Shown here one piece after another: positions 36,696 to 48,665 of a stretch of 64,000 bases of DNA. The stretch lies in the NCBI GenBank assembly GCA_951406725.2, contig OX597826.1, positions 72,230,001 to 72,294,000 on the forward strand, written 5' to 3'. Origin of the DNA: Octopus vulgaris. Its lineage: Eukaryota. Every line of letters starts with the position of its first letter. The first letter of the stretch is position 1. Made by a program: the position numbers and the translations under genes. The notes under the pieces were generated by a model. The model saw only the letters and a program-made list of their open reading frames with translations, made no database searches and was not told where the DNA came from.

Positions 36696-36853
36696 TACGA
36701 CGGGCTTCTTCCAGTTTCCATCTACCAAATCCACTCACAAGGCATTGGTCGGCCCAAAGCTATAGCAGAAGACACTTGCCCAAGATGCCACGCAGTGGGA
36801 CTGAACCCGGAACCATGTGGTTGGTTAGCAAGCTACTTACCACACAGCCACAC
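36443..36853 (-). mobile_element. Full-length SINE family A copy about 20 nt downstream of MIER exon 4
   Basis: tRNA-like head at the right end, internal (CA)/(TA) microsatellite. Confidence 0.9.
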
Positions 36854-37014
36854 CTACTTTAAAATTTTTTTTTTTTTTTTATTAAATTTATCATTTCAAT
36901 TATTTTAAGGCAGCAAGCTGATAGAATCGTTCTCATGTTGCACAAAGTACATGGCAGCATTTCTTTTGGCTCTATACATTCTGGGGTCAATTTTGCCTTT
37001 CATCCTTTTGCCAA

Positions 37015-37510
37015 GTGAAGGCATGTGACTTAGTTTGATTCCCAACAGAACATTGTGTCCTTGAGTGAAACACTTTCCCATTGCTCCAGTTCACTCAGCT
37101 AGCAAAAATGGAATGAATCATCACCGTTTAATATCTGCTTTCCGTGTTGGCATGGGTTGAATGGTTTGACTGAGGACTGGCAAACCAGGCAGCTGCACCA
37201 GGCTCCAATCTAATCTGTCAAGGTTTCTACAGCTGGATGCCCTTGCTACTGCCAGCCACTCCAAGAGTGTAGTGGGTGCTTTTTACGTTCTACCAACACA
37301 GGAGCCAGTCAGGCAGTACTGGCATGTGCCTGTATTTCAAAGGGCCATCCTTGTCACATTCTATGTCACACTAAATCTGCTTGAAGTCTACTTTAAGGCT
37401 GCGCACATCTGTGGAATACTCAGCCACATGCACATTAATTTCACAAGCAAGTTATTTCGTTGGTTAGATCAGCTGGAACCCTCATTGTGATAAACCAATA
37501 AGAGTGTCAG
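37015..37510 (+). mobile_element. SINE family D interrupted by an antisense RTE 3' fragment (about 37117-37322)
   Basis: ttgctccagttcactcagctagcaaaaatg resumes as cctgtatttcaaagggcc after the RTE piece. Confidence 0.7.
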
Positions 37511-37759
37511 ATTTTTGAAATTGCTGGCCTTATGCCAAAATTTGAAACCCTTATTATTGTTACTGCAGAATTAGAAAAATTGCATAGTGCCTTTACATTG
37601 CATATCCCTTTACAGTCTAAATTCAAATCCCACCAAAGTCACTTCTGTTGTTCATCATTTCCGGGTCAATAATGTACCAGTTAAGTACTGAATTTGGTCT
37701 TACACCCTCCTCCAAAATTTGTTAATTTGTGCTATTAGGAAGCAAACATTACTGTTTAA

Positions 37760-37978
37760 CCCTTTTGATACCAACCAGCCTGAAACCGCCCCTGGCTCTG
37801 TAGTACAAACATCTTGTTATCAAAAGTTAATTAAATTCATCTACCAAACCTTAGTCACAGTTTATGTTCCTAACACTAGCTTAATGATAACTAGGTTATT
37901 TTACTAAATTCTTTGTTATATTCAAAACTAATTGAGAGAAACACAGAGCATTGCAACAGAAATATGGTAACAAAGGGA
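37760..37978. mobile_element. TTAA-flanked MITE, family E2 (other copies about 45878-46082 and 58948-59170, inverted)
   Basis: TTAA-CCCTTTTGATACC...GGTAACAAAGGG; shared internal sequence. Confidence 0.75.
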
Positions 37979-38730
37979 TTAAAGGCCAGTGGATTGGCAG
38001 TGTCATTAGGACTTCAGAAACAGTGCCTTGTGGTATCTGTTTCAGTCATTAATGTTCTAAGTTCAATACGCCATTGAGATACTAGGTTCAATTTAATTGA
38101 CTAACTCCACCTATACTAACTCCCCGCCAAATTTCTGGCCTTATGACTGTCATAATCATCATCATCATTCAGTGCAGACTTTTCGATGCTTGTGCAAGTC
38201 TAACAGAATTTTCTAGAGACAGATACCATTTTGATACCAAATCTCACGTGCACGTTTACAACCATCATGTGATGTCCAGAACATGGGTACACACACACAC
38301 ACACACTTGCCCAAAATGCTGCACTTTGGGACTGAACCATAGATCACTTGGTTGGGAAGGAAGCTTCTCAACCACACGGCCATGCCTATCATCATCACCA
38401 TCACCATCATCATCATTTAACATCCCCTTTCCATGCTGGCATGAGATGGACAGTTTGACCAGTGTTGGCAAGCAAGAGAGGCTGCACTAGGTTTCATTCT
38501 GATGTAGCTCTCTCCTGCTATGTTACAAGTGATTATTATCTAATCTGTATCTCCAACATCTAATTCATTACCCTTGGAGCAACAAAAGTAAAGATTATAA
38601 TGGCACAGTGGCAAGGACAGTGAGTTTGTGTTTCTCATGTGTTCACCTGTGTTCAATCACTGGTTGTTAGCAACAGCTTTGCTGTTATTTGCTTGCGGTC
38701 TACTACAAAATCTTGCTCAGGCTTCTTGAA

Positions 38731-39085
38731 ATAATAATAATAATAATGAAATTATTGTATACAGTGCTCAGGTGCACCACAACTTGTCAGAAAGTGCATA
38801 TAAAGTACATGCAGTAATGTAGAAATGTCTGGAAAGTGAACATGCTTGTGTGTGTATGGAGGGGAGAAAATCAAGTGTAGTGTTGGCGAATCTCAGGAAG
38901 CATGGAAGTCTTGAAGGATGCAGTGCTCCGACAACTAACAACCGATGCCGGCAGTTTGTTCCATGCTTCAGCAACTCTCAGCGTGAAAAAATGTTTCCTG
39001 AAGTCATGGGAGCTGTGCTGTTTTCTTACTTTGTAAATATGTCCACGGGTGTTAGATGGGTGGAGTTTGAAGAGGTGCTCAGTGT
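38731..39085 (-). mobile_element. CR1-type LINE 3' end with (ATT)n tail
   Basis: Homologous to 52418-52790 and 63615-63822; [14 protein letters not shown]-type C-terminus. Confidence 0.8.
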
Positions 39086-39255
39086 TGTTGTTTGTTTCCT
39101 GACCACCATGTTCAGTGGACTGGAAGATTATTATCTCACTTAGAAATGAGTGGGGGTTAGCAATAGGAAGGGCATTTGGCCATAGACAACACTGCCTTCA
39201 ACCAACATATTGTTGTTTGACCTATGCAAGCATGGAAAAGTAGATGTTAAAACAT

Positions 39256-39444
39256 TCTTTTACTTGTTTGTCATTTGACTGCGGCCATGCTTGAGCACCA
39301 CCTTTAGTCGAGCAGATCGACCCCAGGACTTATTCTTTGTGAGCCTAGTACTTGTTCTATCAGTCTCTTTTGCTGAACCACTAAGTTACAGGGACGTAAA
39401 CATGCCAGCATCGGTTGTCGAGCGATGTTTGGGGGGGGGGCGAG

Positions 39445-39488
<44 letters not shown>

Positions 39489-39669
39489 CACACACTTATA
39501 CATATATACGGCAGGCTTCTTTCAGTTTCTGTCTACCAAATTCACTCACAAGGCTTTGGTCGGCCCTAGGCTATAGTAGAAGGCACTTGCCCAAGCTGCC
39601 ACGCAGTGGGTCTGAACCCAGAACCATGTGGTTGGTAAGCAAGCTACTTACCACACAGCCATTCCTGCA
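39256..39669 (-). mobile_element. Full-length SINE family A copy
   Basis: Similarity to 36443 and 59987. Confidence 0.9.
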
Positions 39670-40219
39670 CCTTGATGATATATGATTGTGATCATCATCG
39701 TCATTTAACATCTACTAATGCTAATATTTACTAGCTTAGGTTAAACTGTAAGCTAGTAAGGCAGAGGCCACACCAGGTTCCATTGTCCATCTTGGCATGG
39801 TTTCTATGGTTGGATGCTTTTCCTACTTCATATTTATATGTGAATTGAGGAAGGCACATATGTCAGGTGTTGAGAGACAAGAGCTTGATAGGAACATGTG
39901 TCTTGCTATAGATGAGGCACATGGCTACCCCAGCTGCAAAAAAGAAGCCAGTGATGATTACCAGGATGTGTGCTCAAAATACAAGAGAGTGATCATAAGG
40001 GCGATGAAGAGAGAAGAACAGGTGACAGGAATAAGGACAGGATCAGCTTGCTTTGCATGAACATGGGATGAGCAACAGGTTTTTTCAAGGCACCTCAAGT
40101 ATGTAGTACAGTATATAGCATCATTCATCTCAGATTATCATCATCTTACACCTGATTTTCATGCTAGCATGGATTGTGTGAGTAGTCCATGTCAACTTGT
40201 GTTCAAAGTTAATTTCCTC

Positions 40220-40710
40220 CTAGCGGCTAACCAGCTTCCATGCCAGTGGCACATAAAAGGTACCATTCGAGTGTGATCGTTACCAGCATCGCCTTACTGG
40301 TACTTCTGCCTGTGCTAGTAGGGTGCCAAGAGCACCATCCGAGCGTGATTGTTGTCAGAGCGGCTAACTGGCTTCCGTGCCGGTGGCACATAAAAGGCTC
40401 CATTCGAGTGTGATCGTTACCAGCATCGCCTTACTGGCACCTTTGCCAGTGGCATGTGTAAAAAGATTCAAGCGATAAAATGCACCCAATGCCTTTTGTA
40501 AAGTGATTGCCCCCGTGCCAGTGGTATGTAAAAGCACCCACTACACTCTCGGAGTGGTTGACATTAGGAAGGGCACCCAGCTGTAGAAACTCTGCCAGAT
40601 CAATATTGGAGCCTGGTGCAGCCATCTGGTTCGCCAGACCTCAGTCAAAATTGTCCAACCCATGCTAGCATGGAAAGCGGACGTTAAACGATGATGATGA
40701 GGATGATGGA
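40220..40710 (+). mobile_element. RTE LINE 3' UTR fragment with (GAT)n tail
   Basis: Same repeats and terminus as 4055-4792. Confidence 0.85.
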
Positions 40711-41047
40711 TTATGACTTTTTGTGACACTAACCATCTTACTTTGGAAGAATTTTATCATGGCAACAACACACTAGAGAAGTTCTTATGTCCTTGGCATA
40801 ACTAAAGTCCTTTTAACCCCATATAGTCTTTTGTTTGTTTAGCAATCACTTTACAAAAGGCATTGGGTGCATTTTAGCACAATGCCAGCACTAAAACTTG
40901 ATTTGTCCCTTGTATAACTAAAGTGTTCACCCTGCCCTTCATTATTTCTGTTTGTTTAAAGTAGTGTGGCCAAAAGGGGGTGAATAGATGAAAGTAATGA
41001 GAAGGAGAATTCAAAGTAAGAAGTGTAATACACTGTATATATTATAT

Positions 41048-41440
41048 ACTAGCAGTATTGCCCGGCGTTGCTCAGGTTTGTTTCGACCCTTTAGAATTTG
41101 AATTTTTGAAAAGTAAAAATTTTGCATTATGTAGCTTGTTATTCTCTTTAAGTGAACATTTTTCTGGTTGAAATACACTGAAAAATGGTGACACAACAGT
41201 AAAAAAATCATAAAAAATAGGGATTTTCATAGAAGAAAAAGCACCTTTTTTGATGTAAATAATTTTTGGTCTTAACATTGTCCAATTTGAATTTTTTTCT
41301 TTTACGGAAGGAAGAGCAAGCCTTCTATCATTCTCTCAATTTTGGTCAACTTGCACCGCAGGGACTCGGAGGAGATAGTGTTAGTTGAAGGCTACCAAAC
41401 CTGCCATACACAGACAACTTCAGCTTTATATATAGAGAGA
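41048..41440 (-). mobile_element. Non-autonomous Helitron-like element, copy 1
   Basis: On the - strand: 5' TC(TATATA), subterminal GC hairpin, 3' CTAGT; second copy at 43038. Confidence 0.8.
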
Positions 41441-41441
41441 T

Positions 41442-41673
41442 TATTTAATAACAGTTTGGCTCAGCTCCATGCAACTTAGTTTCATGGGCTTGTAGAATGA
41501 CCCCCATCTTATTGGGCGTCTAGAGAAGAGTAAAGGGATGTGAAACAAATTCAAGACGGTTTCTAGGTATTACATCTCTGTTGGTCAACTCAGTCCACAT
41601 GGTGTTATTGGTCTGAAAGCGATGTCAACACATGGCTAAGTTGTATGGAGCTGAGTCAAACTGTTGTTAAATA
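41442..41673. mobile_element. MITE with about 38-bp terminal inverted repeats
   Basis: tatttaataacagtttggctcagctccatgcaacttag versus ctaagttgtatggagctgagtcaaactgttgttaaata (3 mismatches). Confidence 0.75.
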
Positions 41674-41769
41674 TTATTGTGTAACTTCTATCAGATGTGT
41701 TAAGTGCTACGTTCTTTCATGTTGTCAAGATTTCAATTGAAAATCTAGAAAAATTAAAGTAAATGCTTA

Positions 41770-42114
41770 TCTCTATATATATAAACAGCAAAATGTCTGT
41801 CTGTGTATGTGTCCTTTATACAAATCCACAATTTTTCAGTTAGAGGGCTCGCACTTTCTATGGTCATTCAAAACCGTCCAAGAGTGGTCGTGCACATCTT
41901 TACATTTCCCCAGTCACCCCGCAAAGCCATTAAAAATCAATAGAAGTGACTTTTTTTTTTTTTTATATCCAAAACCCAATCAAAATGCTCGAAACTTGAT
42001 ACGCCAATTGAATGCCAGCAAGCTGTATGTGATTGGTCGGAGATTTGGACAGTATTCGCATGTATATGCATGCACTAGCACTATGACCCGGCGTTGCCAG
42101 GTCATAGTGCTAGT
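41770..42114 (+). mobile_element. Non-autonomous Helitron-like element, second family
   Basis: A|TCTCTATATATATAAA start, terminal hairpin ending CTAGT. Confidence 0.75.
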
Positions 42115-42699
42115 TCAACCAATTCTGTCCATTTTCTCCTGTGTTGATATGCTGCATAATGGAAGAGGGCTCTTGTGTCTTTTCATAATGTTGTGATAAT
42201 GTGTTATTCGTTATATATTAACAATTAGCAAGCAGATAGGCAGTGGTATTATTGATGTAGAGCCTCTTTTGGTTAAGGTTGACCATATATGTGCAGTTTG
42301 AGACAAGGTTTTTTTTCTACAAAGGCTAGCACTTGCCCATGCTTGTGAGTCTCCCCACTCTCCACACTATAAAATGTTTTTTTGTTTTTTTATCAAGTGA
42401 AATGTCCTTAATTTGGATTTGTACAGCCTGGCATCAGTGTCTTCATGCATTGCTATCAGGACACGAAATACCCAAGACAGGTATTGCAAGGCTTCTCGCT
42501 TGGCCCTCAGATAGTTTTACCAATCCACCGTCCTGGTTGATACTTTTTTGTGTGACCTTGAAAGGATGAAAAGCAAAAGTTGACTTTAGCAGGATTTGAA
42601 CTCAGGGCGTACATTTGACCTAATTCTAACAACTCTACCAGTTTGCCACTTTTGCTGTTGTTGTTGTTGTGCTAGTGTGATATTTATTATGTATAAGTG

Positions 42700-42872
42700 C
42701 TGGTGAGGCTGTGTGGTAAGGAGCTTGCTTCTGAACCACATGATTTCAGGTTCAATCCCATGATGGTATGGCACCTTGAACAGGTGTCTTCTACTATAAC
42801 CCCAGGCCAACCAAAACCTTGTAAGTGGATATGGTAGGTGAAAACTAAAAGAAGCCTGTCGTGTGTGTATGT
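42700..42872 (+). mobile_element. SINE family A 5' half
   Basis: ggctgtgtggtaag...gaaaactaaaagaagcctgtcg. Confidence 0.75.
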
Positions 42873-43037
42873 GTTATATTATGTTGCTTGGAAACAGGTG
42901 AGGGTTGATGACAGGAAAAGCACCTGCCCATAGAAAAGTGGGCAGTATAAAACAACAATGATAACAGTTAGCAAACAGATATTGTTATATATCATGTATT
43001 AGCAATTAGCAGATGGCTGATGTTTTGTTTCCTATAT

Positions 43038-43437
43038 ACTAGCAGTATAGCCCAGCGTTGCTCGGGTTTGTTTTCTTTTCGACCCTTTAAAATTGGAAGT
43101 TTTGAAAAGTAAAAATTTTGCATTATGTAACTTGTTATTCTCTTTAAGTGAACATTTTTCTGGTTGAAATACACCGAAAAATAGTGACAGAGCAGTCAAA
43201 AAATCATTTTAAAAAATAGGGATTTTCATAGAAAAAAAGCACCTTTTTGGTAAATAATTTTTTGTGTTAACATGGTCCGATTTGAATTTTTTCTTCTACG
43301 GAATGAAGATTAACCTTCTATCATACTCTCAATTTTGGTCAACTTGCACCACAGGGTCTCTGAGGAGATACTGTTAGTTGAAGGCTACCAAACCTGCTAC
43401 ACACACACAGACAACTTCAGCTTTATATATATATAGA
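43038..43437 (-). mobile_element. Non-autonomous Helitron-like element, copy 2
   Basis: Aligns end to end with 41048-41440. Confidence 0.8.
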
Positions 43438-43550
43438 TTAACAGCAAGCGAGCAGGCAGTGTTGTTGTGATGGGGTGTTGTTATATATTTACAGCTAGCA
43501 GACAGATACGCAGTGTTATTATGATGATGTTATTTATTATATATTAACAG

Positions 43551-43630
43551 CTAACAGTCAGACGGGCAGTGAAGATGATGATCCAGATGATTATGATTAC
43601 CAACCAGAAAATGAAGAAGATTGGAAAAAG
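43551..43630 (+). CDS. MIER1: MIER1-like exon 5 (SNSQTGSEDDDPDDYDYQPENEEDWKK)
   Basis: DY.P..EDWKK motif preceding ELM2; aacag acceptor, AAG|GTAAAT donor; phase 1 to 0. Confidence 0.92.
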
Positions 43631-43817
43631 GTAAATATTCTTCAAGATTTGGTCATTCTGTCATTGGAGTGTCAGAAACAGATTTGTATTGTGTATAGTG
43701 TGGTTCAAATTCCATGAAGGCTGACTTTGCTGTTCATCCTTCAAATTGTGTACTAAAGACAACTATAACCTATTCCGTTACAAACTTAGCTAATGTGACA
43801 TCTTTTCTTTGTATGTG

Positions 43818-44131
43818 CAGCACGTAAAAAGTACCATCCGAACGTGGCTGATGCCAGTGCCGACTGACTGGCGTCTGTGTTGGTGACACGTAAAAACCAC
43901 CAACCAATCCTGGCCGTTTGCTAGCCTCTCCTGGCGCCTGTGCCGGTGGCACATAAAAAGCACCCACTACACTCACGGAGTGGTTGGCGTTAGGAAGGGC
44001 ATTCAGCTGTAGAAACACTGCCAGATCAGACTGGAGCCTAGTGCAGTCACCTGGCTTCCCTGACCCCGGTTGAACCATCCAACCCATGCTAGCATGGAAA
44101 ACGGACGTTAAGCGATGATGATGAAGATGAT
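43818..44131 (+). mobile_element. RTE LINE 3' end
   Basis: Reverse complement of 5090-5260; (GAT)n tail. Confidence 0.85.
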
Positions 44132-44901
44132 TCTTTGTTTAAAATAGTGGACCACTGATGATATGATCAGTGGTTCAAATCTGAAGCCAATGTATTTTTT
44201 AACCAGTCAGGCAAGCTGCTTCATCTTGCTTGGCTGGTTAGAAATTAGTTCTATACCTACTTCAACAAATTAGTTGCATTGTTGATAGAAAGATCACTGT
44301 TAATCAGCTGTGTGTTTAATTACTAAATTGTCCCATTGTATAATTTCTCGGGAATTTGTAATAGGTATAAGACTAGTGATGAGAGGGAACTTGCTGTAGT
44401 TTATCAGTTTGTTGCTGAGAATGGTAAGACATTTTGCCCAAAGTGTCATGCAATAGAATCAGAACCACAACTTCATGATTGCAAAACCAACTTCTTGACC
44501 ACTCGGTCATTCCTGCACCCATTATAAGCATTGCTATATTTTTCCGGCATAGAAGTCGACTGATGCTGCTGTCACATAAGACGCACTTGGTACACCCTGT
44601 AAAGTGGTTGGTGTTAGGAAGGGCATCCACTTGTAGAAACCATTCCAAAGCAGACAACGGAACCTGGTGCGGTTCTCCAGCTTGTCTAATTCCTGTCAAA
44701 CCAACCAGTCTATGGCAACATGGAGAACCAACGTTAAATGACAATGATTCAAACATCATTGCTATTGCTTCAAATCCTGCTACATTTCCCGTGGAATTTT
44801 TTGGTCTTCCAAAGTTGTTTTAGTGTATAAGTCAACCTGTCACGTTTGGCTGTAAATTTTGTTTTGAAAAAATTCAACTTGTGTGCCCCAAAATACATTA
44901 A

Positions 44902-45111
44902 CCCTTTAGCATTTAAACTGACCCAAATATTCTACCTCTGTTATGTTCATTCCATGCAGAGTCAACCTCTAGCACCTAGCCAACAATGTTATTCTAAAAA
45001 TATACAATCACATCATTGAAGTCTCAAGGCCTGGAGACAGTGCATAATTGATTCCAAACAATGTGAATAAATAAGTATTACATTTGAGAGAGTCATCTGA
45101 ATGCTAAAGGG
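44902..45111. mobile_element. TTAA-flanked MITE, family E1 (more copies about 61410-61585 and 63110-63335)
   Basis: TTAA|CCCTTTAGCATT...AATGCTAAAGGG|TTAA. Confidence 0.85.
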
Positions 45112-45130
45112 TTAAGTATGTATTTGGATA

Positions 45131-45795
45131 TACAGGGTGTCCCAAAAGTCACTGATGGGTTTCAGTTTTTAATAACTTCCTTAACTTTGCAAGTAAATGC
45201 ATGAAATTTTGATACAATATAAAGGACATAAGGGAAATTAATATGCACAAGTGAAATTTTGCAACACCACCACATCAAATATGAAAAATGACATAGCTTA
45301 AACGGCAACCATTCTTGGCTTCGCATGCCTGTGCTCTTTCCAAAACTTGCACCATAATACCCTCAAAAGTTTCAGACCCAACTTCTCTGATTTCTCTATT
45401 GATGTTCTCCTTCAGTTGCACCAGGGTCTCCAGTTTGTTAACGTAAACCCTCTCTTTCAGGTATCCATAACTGAGACCTTTTTGTGCCCAGCCATTTCAA
45501 AGTAGACCTCACACATGGTTCCAGCAAGATGGGGCAACTGCTCATATTGCAAGAGAAACAATGCAGTTGCTACGGCAGTGCTTTGGAGAGAGAATAATCT
45601 CCTGCTGCGGCAATGCCAACTGGCCTTCACATTCCCCAGACTTAACGAGCCTGGATTTTTTCTTGTGGGGATGCCTGAAAGAAAGGGTTTATGTCAACAA
45701 ACCAGAGACACTGGTGCAACTGAAGAACATCGGTAGAGAAATCAGAAGTGGGGCCTGAAGCTCTTGAGGGTGTTATGGTGCAAGCTTTGGGAAGA
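45131..45795. mobile_element. Tc1/mariner (DD41D, rosa-type) transposase relic in two inverted pieces
   Basis: TA-CAGGGTGTCCC TIR at 45131; + strand WFQQDGATAH...WPSHSPDLTSLDFFLWG with 41 residues between the 2nd and 3rd catalytic D; - strand piece YLKERVYVNK...VIFHI*. Confidence 0.85.
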
Positions 45796-46170
45796 TGAGT
45801 GGGGCTTTAAACCGATCAGGATATGGGAAAAGTAGAGATATATTAAACAGTGATGATGGAGGCTGTTGAGATTTTAACCCTTTTGTTACCATATATAATC
45901 CTGAAATTTATTCTTTGTTTCAGTTAATTTTGAAAATAATTAAGAATTTATAAAAATAACTCTGTTCTTATTAAGCTGTTGTTTTGGAATATAAATGGAC
46001 ATGAAATTATTATAGAAGGTTTTTCATTTAGATCACTTTGAAACAGGGAATTGGTGTTTTGGGCAGGTTGGTATCAAAAGGTTTAAACAATGGGGAGATG
46101 AAGGCTGTGGAGGTTTTAAACATCATCATCCTCATGGTATTCTCAAAAGCTTTTACCTTACCTCTTTCAG

Positions 46171-46240
46171 GTTATTCAAGTTGGTCACGACTATCAGGCT
46201 CAAGTACCTGAAGGACTTAGTACGTATGGTGATGCACCAG
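46171..46240 (+). CDS. MIER1: MIER1-like exon 6, ELM2 start (VIQVGHDYQAQVPEGLSTYGDAP)
   Basis: I.VG..YQA.VP ELM2 signature; ctttcag acceptor, CAG|GTAAGT donor; phase 0 to 1. Confidence 0.95.
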
Positions 46241-46721
46241 GTAAGTTACTTAGCAAACCACCACCATTCCATATTGTTAGACAACTTGCATTGTTGGTAG
46301 GATGGTGTTAGAGGAAGAAAACACCAGGATTTTCTTTTGTTGTGTCATGAACTTCCAGCAAGTTCACAAACTAGGTTCAACAACTGACTATAGCCATAAC
46401 TTGGAAATGGGGAACAGTACTGAAGGTAAGCTCTATGCAGGGTGTTCAACTATCAAGAAGACAATAGTTGAGTTTAGCATATAAATTAATTTCACTGTAT
46501 CTGGGTATCTCAACAGTGGAAAGTATATAATAATTAAAAAGAATTCATATAGATGTTCACGTGGAGTTCTAGTGTAATGTAATGAATAAGATTGTTCTGC
46601 AGAACATTTTATGGTCATTAAATATTTGGCTCTGTCAAACTAAGCTAGGTTGATTAGTTCGGTTGGTTTCATAAATAATGTCTTTCTCTCTTTCTCCAAT
46701 GAGGTGTCATTTTCATTAGTA

Positions 46722-46924
46722 TGGTTTCAAATTTTGCTACAAGGGAGGAGGGGATAAGTTGATTACATCGACCTCAGTGTTTTACTGGTACTTAATTTGT
46801 CAACCTCAAAAGGATGAAAGGCAAAGTTGACCTCGGTAGAATTTGAACTCAGAAGATAGCGACAGATGAAATGCCGCTAAGCATTTTGCCTGGTATGCTA
46901 ACGATTCTTCCAGCTCGCCGCCTT
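46722..46924 (-). mobile_element. SINE family C copy (others about 42530-42650 -, 53040-53255 -, 62370-62525 +)
   Basis: Reverse complement of the 16390 head and core. Confidence 0.8.
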
Positions 46925-47468
46925 TCGTTTTCGTTACTATGGCAATCCAAAATATTTTGTTTGTGCAAAATAGCGCACAAAACTACTCTTAGATTTATAC
47001 AGACTTGGCTGTAACTAAGTTTTGTGGATGAGTTCGTAGACAGACTTCACATATTACTTACCACTTAATCAAAAGTCATTCCAGCTTTTTAATGCATAAC
47101 ACTTCTACAGCCAAACATGTATTTCTCAATTGCTTCAAAGACAGTCTTAGCAGCAAAGCAGTTGCCGTCTTATGCTGAAAGCCTTCAATGGACTCCGCTA
47201 TTGGTACATTTTCAGCCCACAAAACTTGAATCAGTAAACAAACAGAAAATAGAGCAGCCTTGGTTGACATTCCAAGTTCAAACTTCCACTATGATGACTA
47301 ACCTAAAAAGGAAACCAGAAGCAGTGATGCATATACAACTAATTTTCCCCACTTGTTGGAAAGAAAAGAAAATGTATTGTCATAGATAATATGACTAACC
47401 AGTGTGTATTTACTAGATATATAGATATATATATATATATATATAGCATGGAGAACAGACGTTAAACG

Positions 47469-47503
<35 letters not shown>

Positions 47504-48119
47504 TGTTATGTTGAGAGGTCACACATGTGTGCCACTGCTAACATGTAATTCGGTACAGCCTGTTACAAGATCAGGTCACTGGTCACTAAACTAGTACCTA
47601 CCGACAAGGCCAGCCTGGTGAGAAGGGTCACTAGAAACCCAGTAGGACAGAAGCAAGACATGTCAAAAGGTCATATGAACTCAGCACTGAATCAGCAGCT
47701 ATGTATCATTAGTGTGCAAAAACACAAATACTAGGGTCTGAGTATGCAGTAAGGCACATGACTGCTATTCATAAACCTCTAAGAGTCGAACAGTTTTCAC
47801 CAGGTTGTGAGTGCTTAGGTTAGTTGAAAACTAAGGGAAACAAGCCTAACAGAAATATAGGAGTGGTGCTCCCCTACCTCGCTCTCAAAGGCATTGTCTT
47901 GTCAGACCACTCTGCTGAGTTTTTGGTAGTTCCTGCATTGTCTTTTCTCCAAAAGTTCTGCCTATGTTTTGACACCTGAATGTGGATCAGGGTAAGAGTG
48001 TGTGGTTGATTAGGCACAAATTCTTCTCATTTACAACTCGATTGTGCAGTTTGTGACTTTAGGTCCTAGGGACCACAAACAGGATTTTCATTGCTGCTGG
48101 CATAACTAATTAACTACTG

Positions 48120-48436
48120 GCATTCTGTCGGTTAGGACAAACAAGGGTTCCAGTTGATCCGATCAGTGGAACAGCCTGCTCGTGAAATTAGTCTGCAGGT
48201 GGGTGAGCACTCCACAGACATCTGTAACCTTAACATAGTTCTCAGGGAGATTCAGTGTGACACAGAATGTGACAAGGCTGGCCCTTTGAAATACAGGCAG
48301 AACTCATTTTTGCCAGTTGAGTCGACCAGAGCAGCATGAAATACAGTGACTTGTTCAAGGACACAACACCACCAGGAGTCAAACTCATGACCTTACAATT
48401 GTGGGCCAAATACCCCAACCACTGAGCTATGCACCT
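48120..48436 (-). mobile_element. SINE family D copy, diverged
   Basis: Reverse complement of 61832-62154. Confidence 0.75.
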
Positions 48437-48608
48437 GGGTATCGTACATGTCTAAAATAATAAATTACCACCGTGTTTGCAGAAGATAGTGGAACCCCTG
48501 CAGTATATGTTGAATTTTTTTCTTTTCTTTTCTTTTTGTTTTTTTATCCTTATCTACTGATAAAAGGGTTTGTAACAATGTATGTCCTAATTTTTGGTTT
48601 ATTCACAG

Positions 48609-48665
48609 CATATGAAAATGAGGACCGATTATTATGGGACCCCACCAAGTTAGAAGATAGTGAAG
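48609..48665 (+). CDS. MIER1: MIER1-like exon 7, ELM2 (AYENEDRLLWDPTKLEDSE)
   Basis: YENED.LLWDP matches MIER YENDDQLLWDP; cacag acceptor, AAG|GTCAGT donor; phase 1 to 1. Confidence 0.95.
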
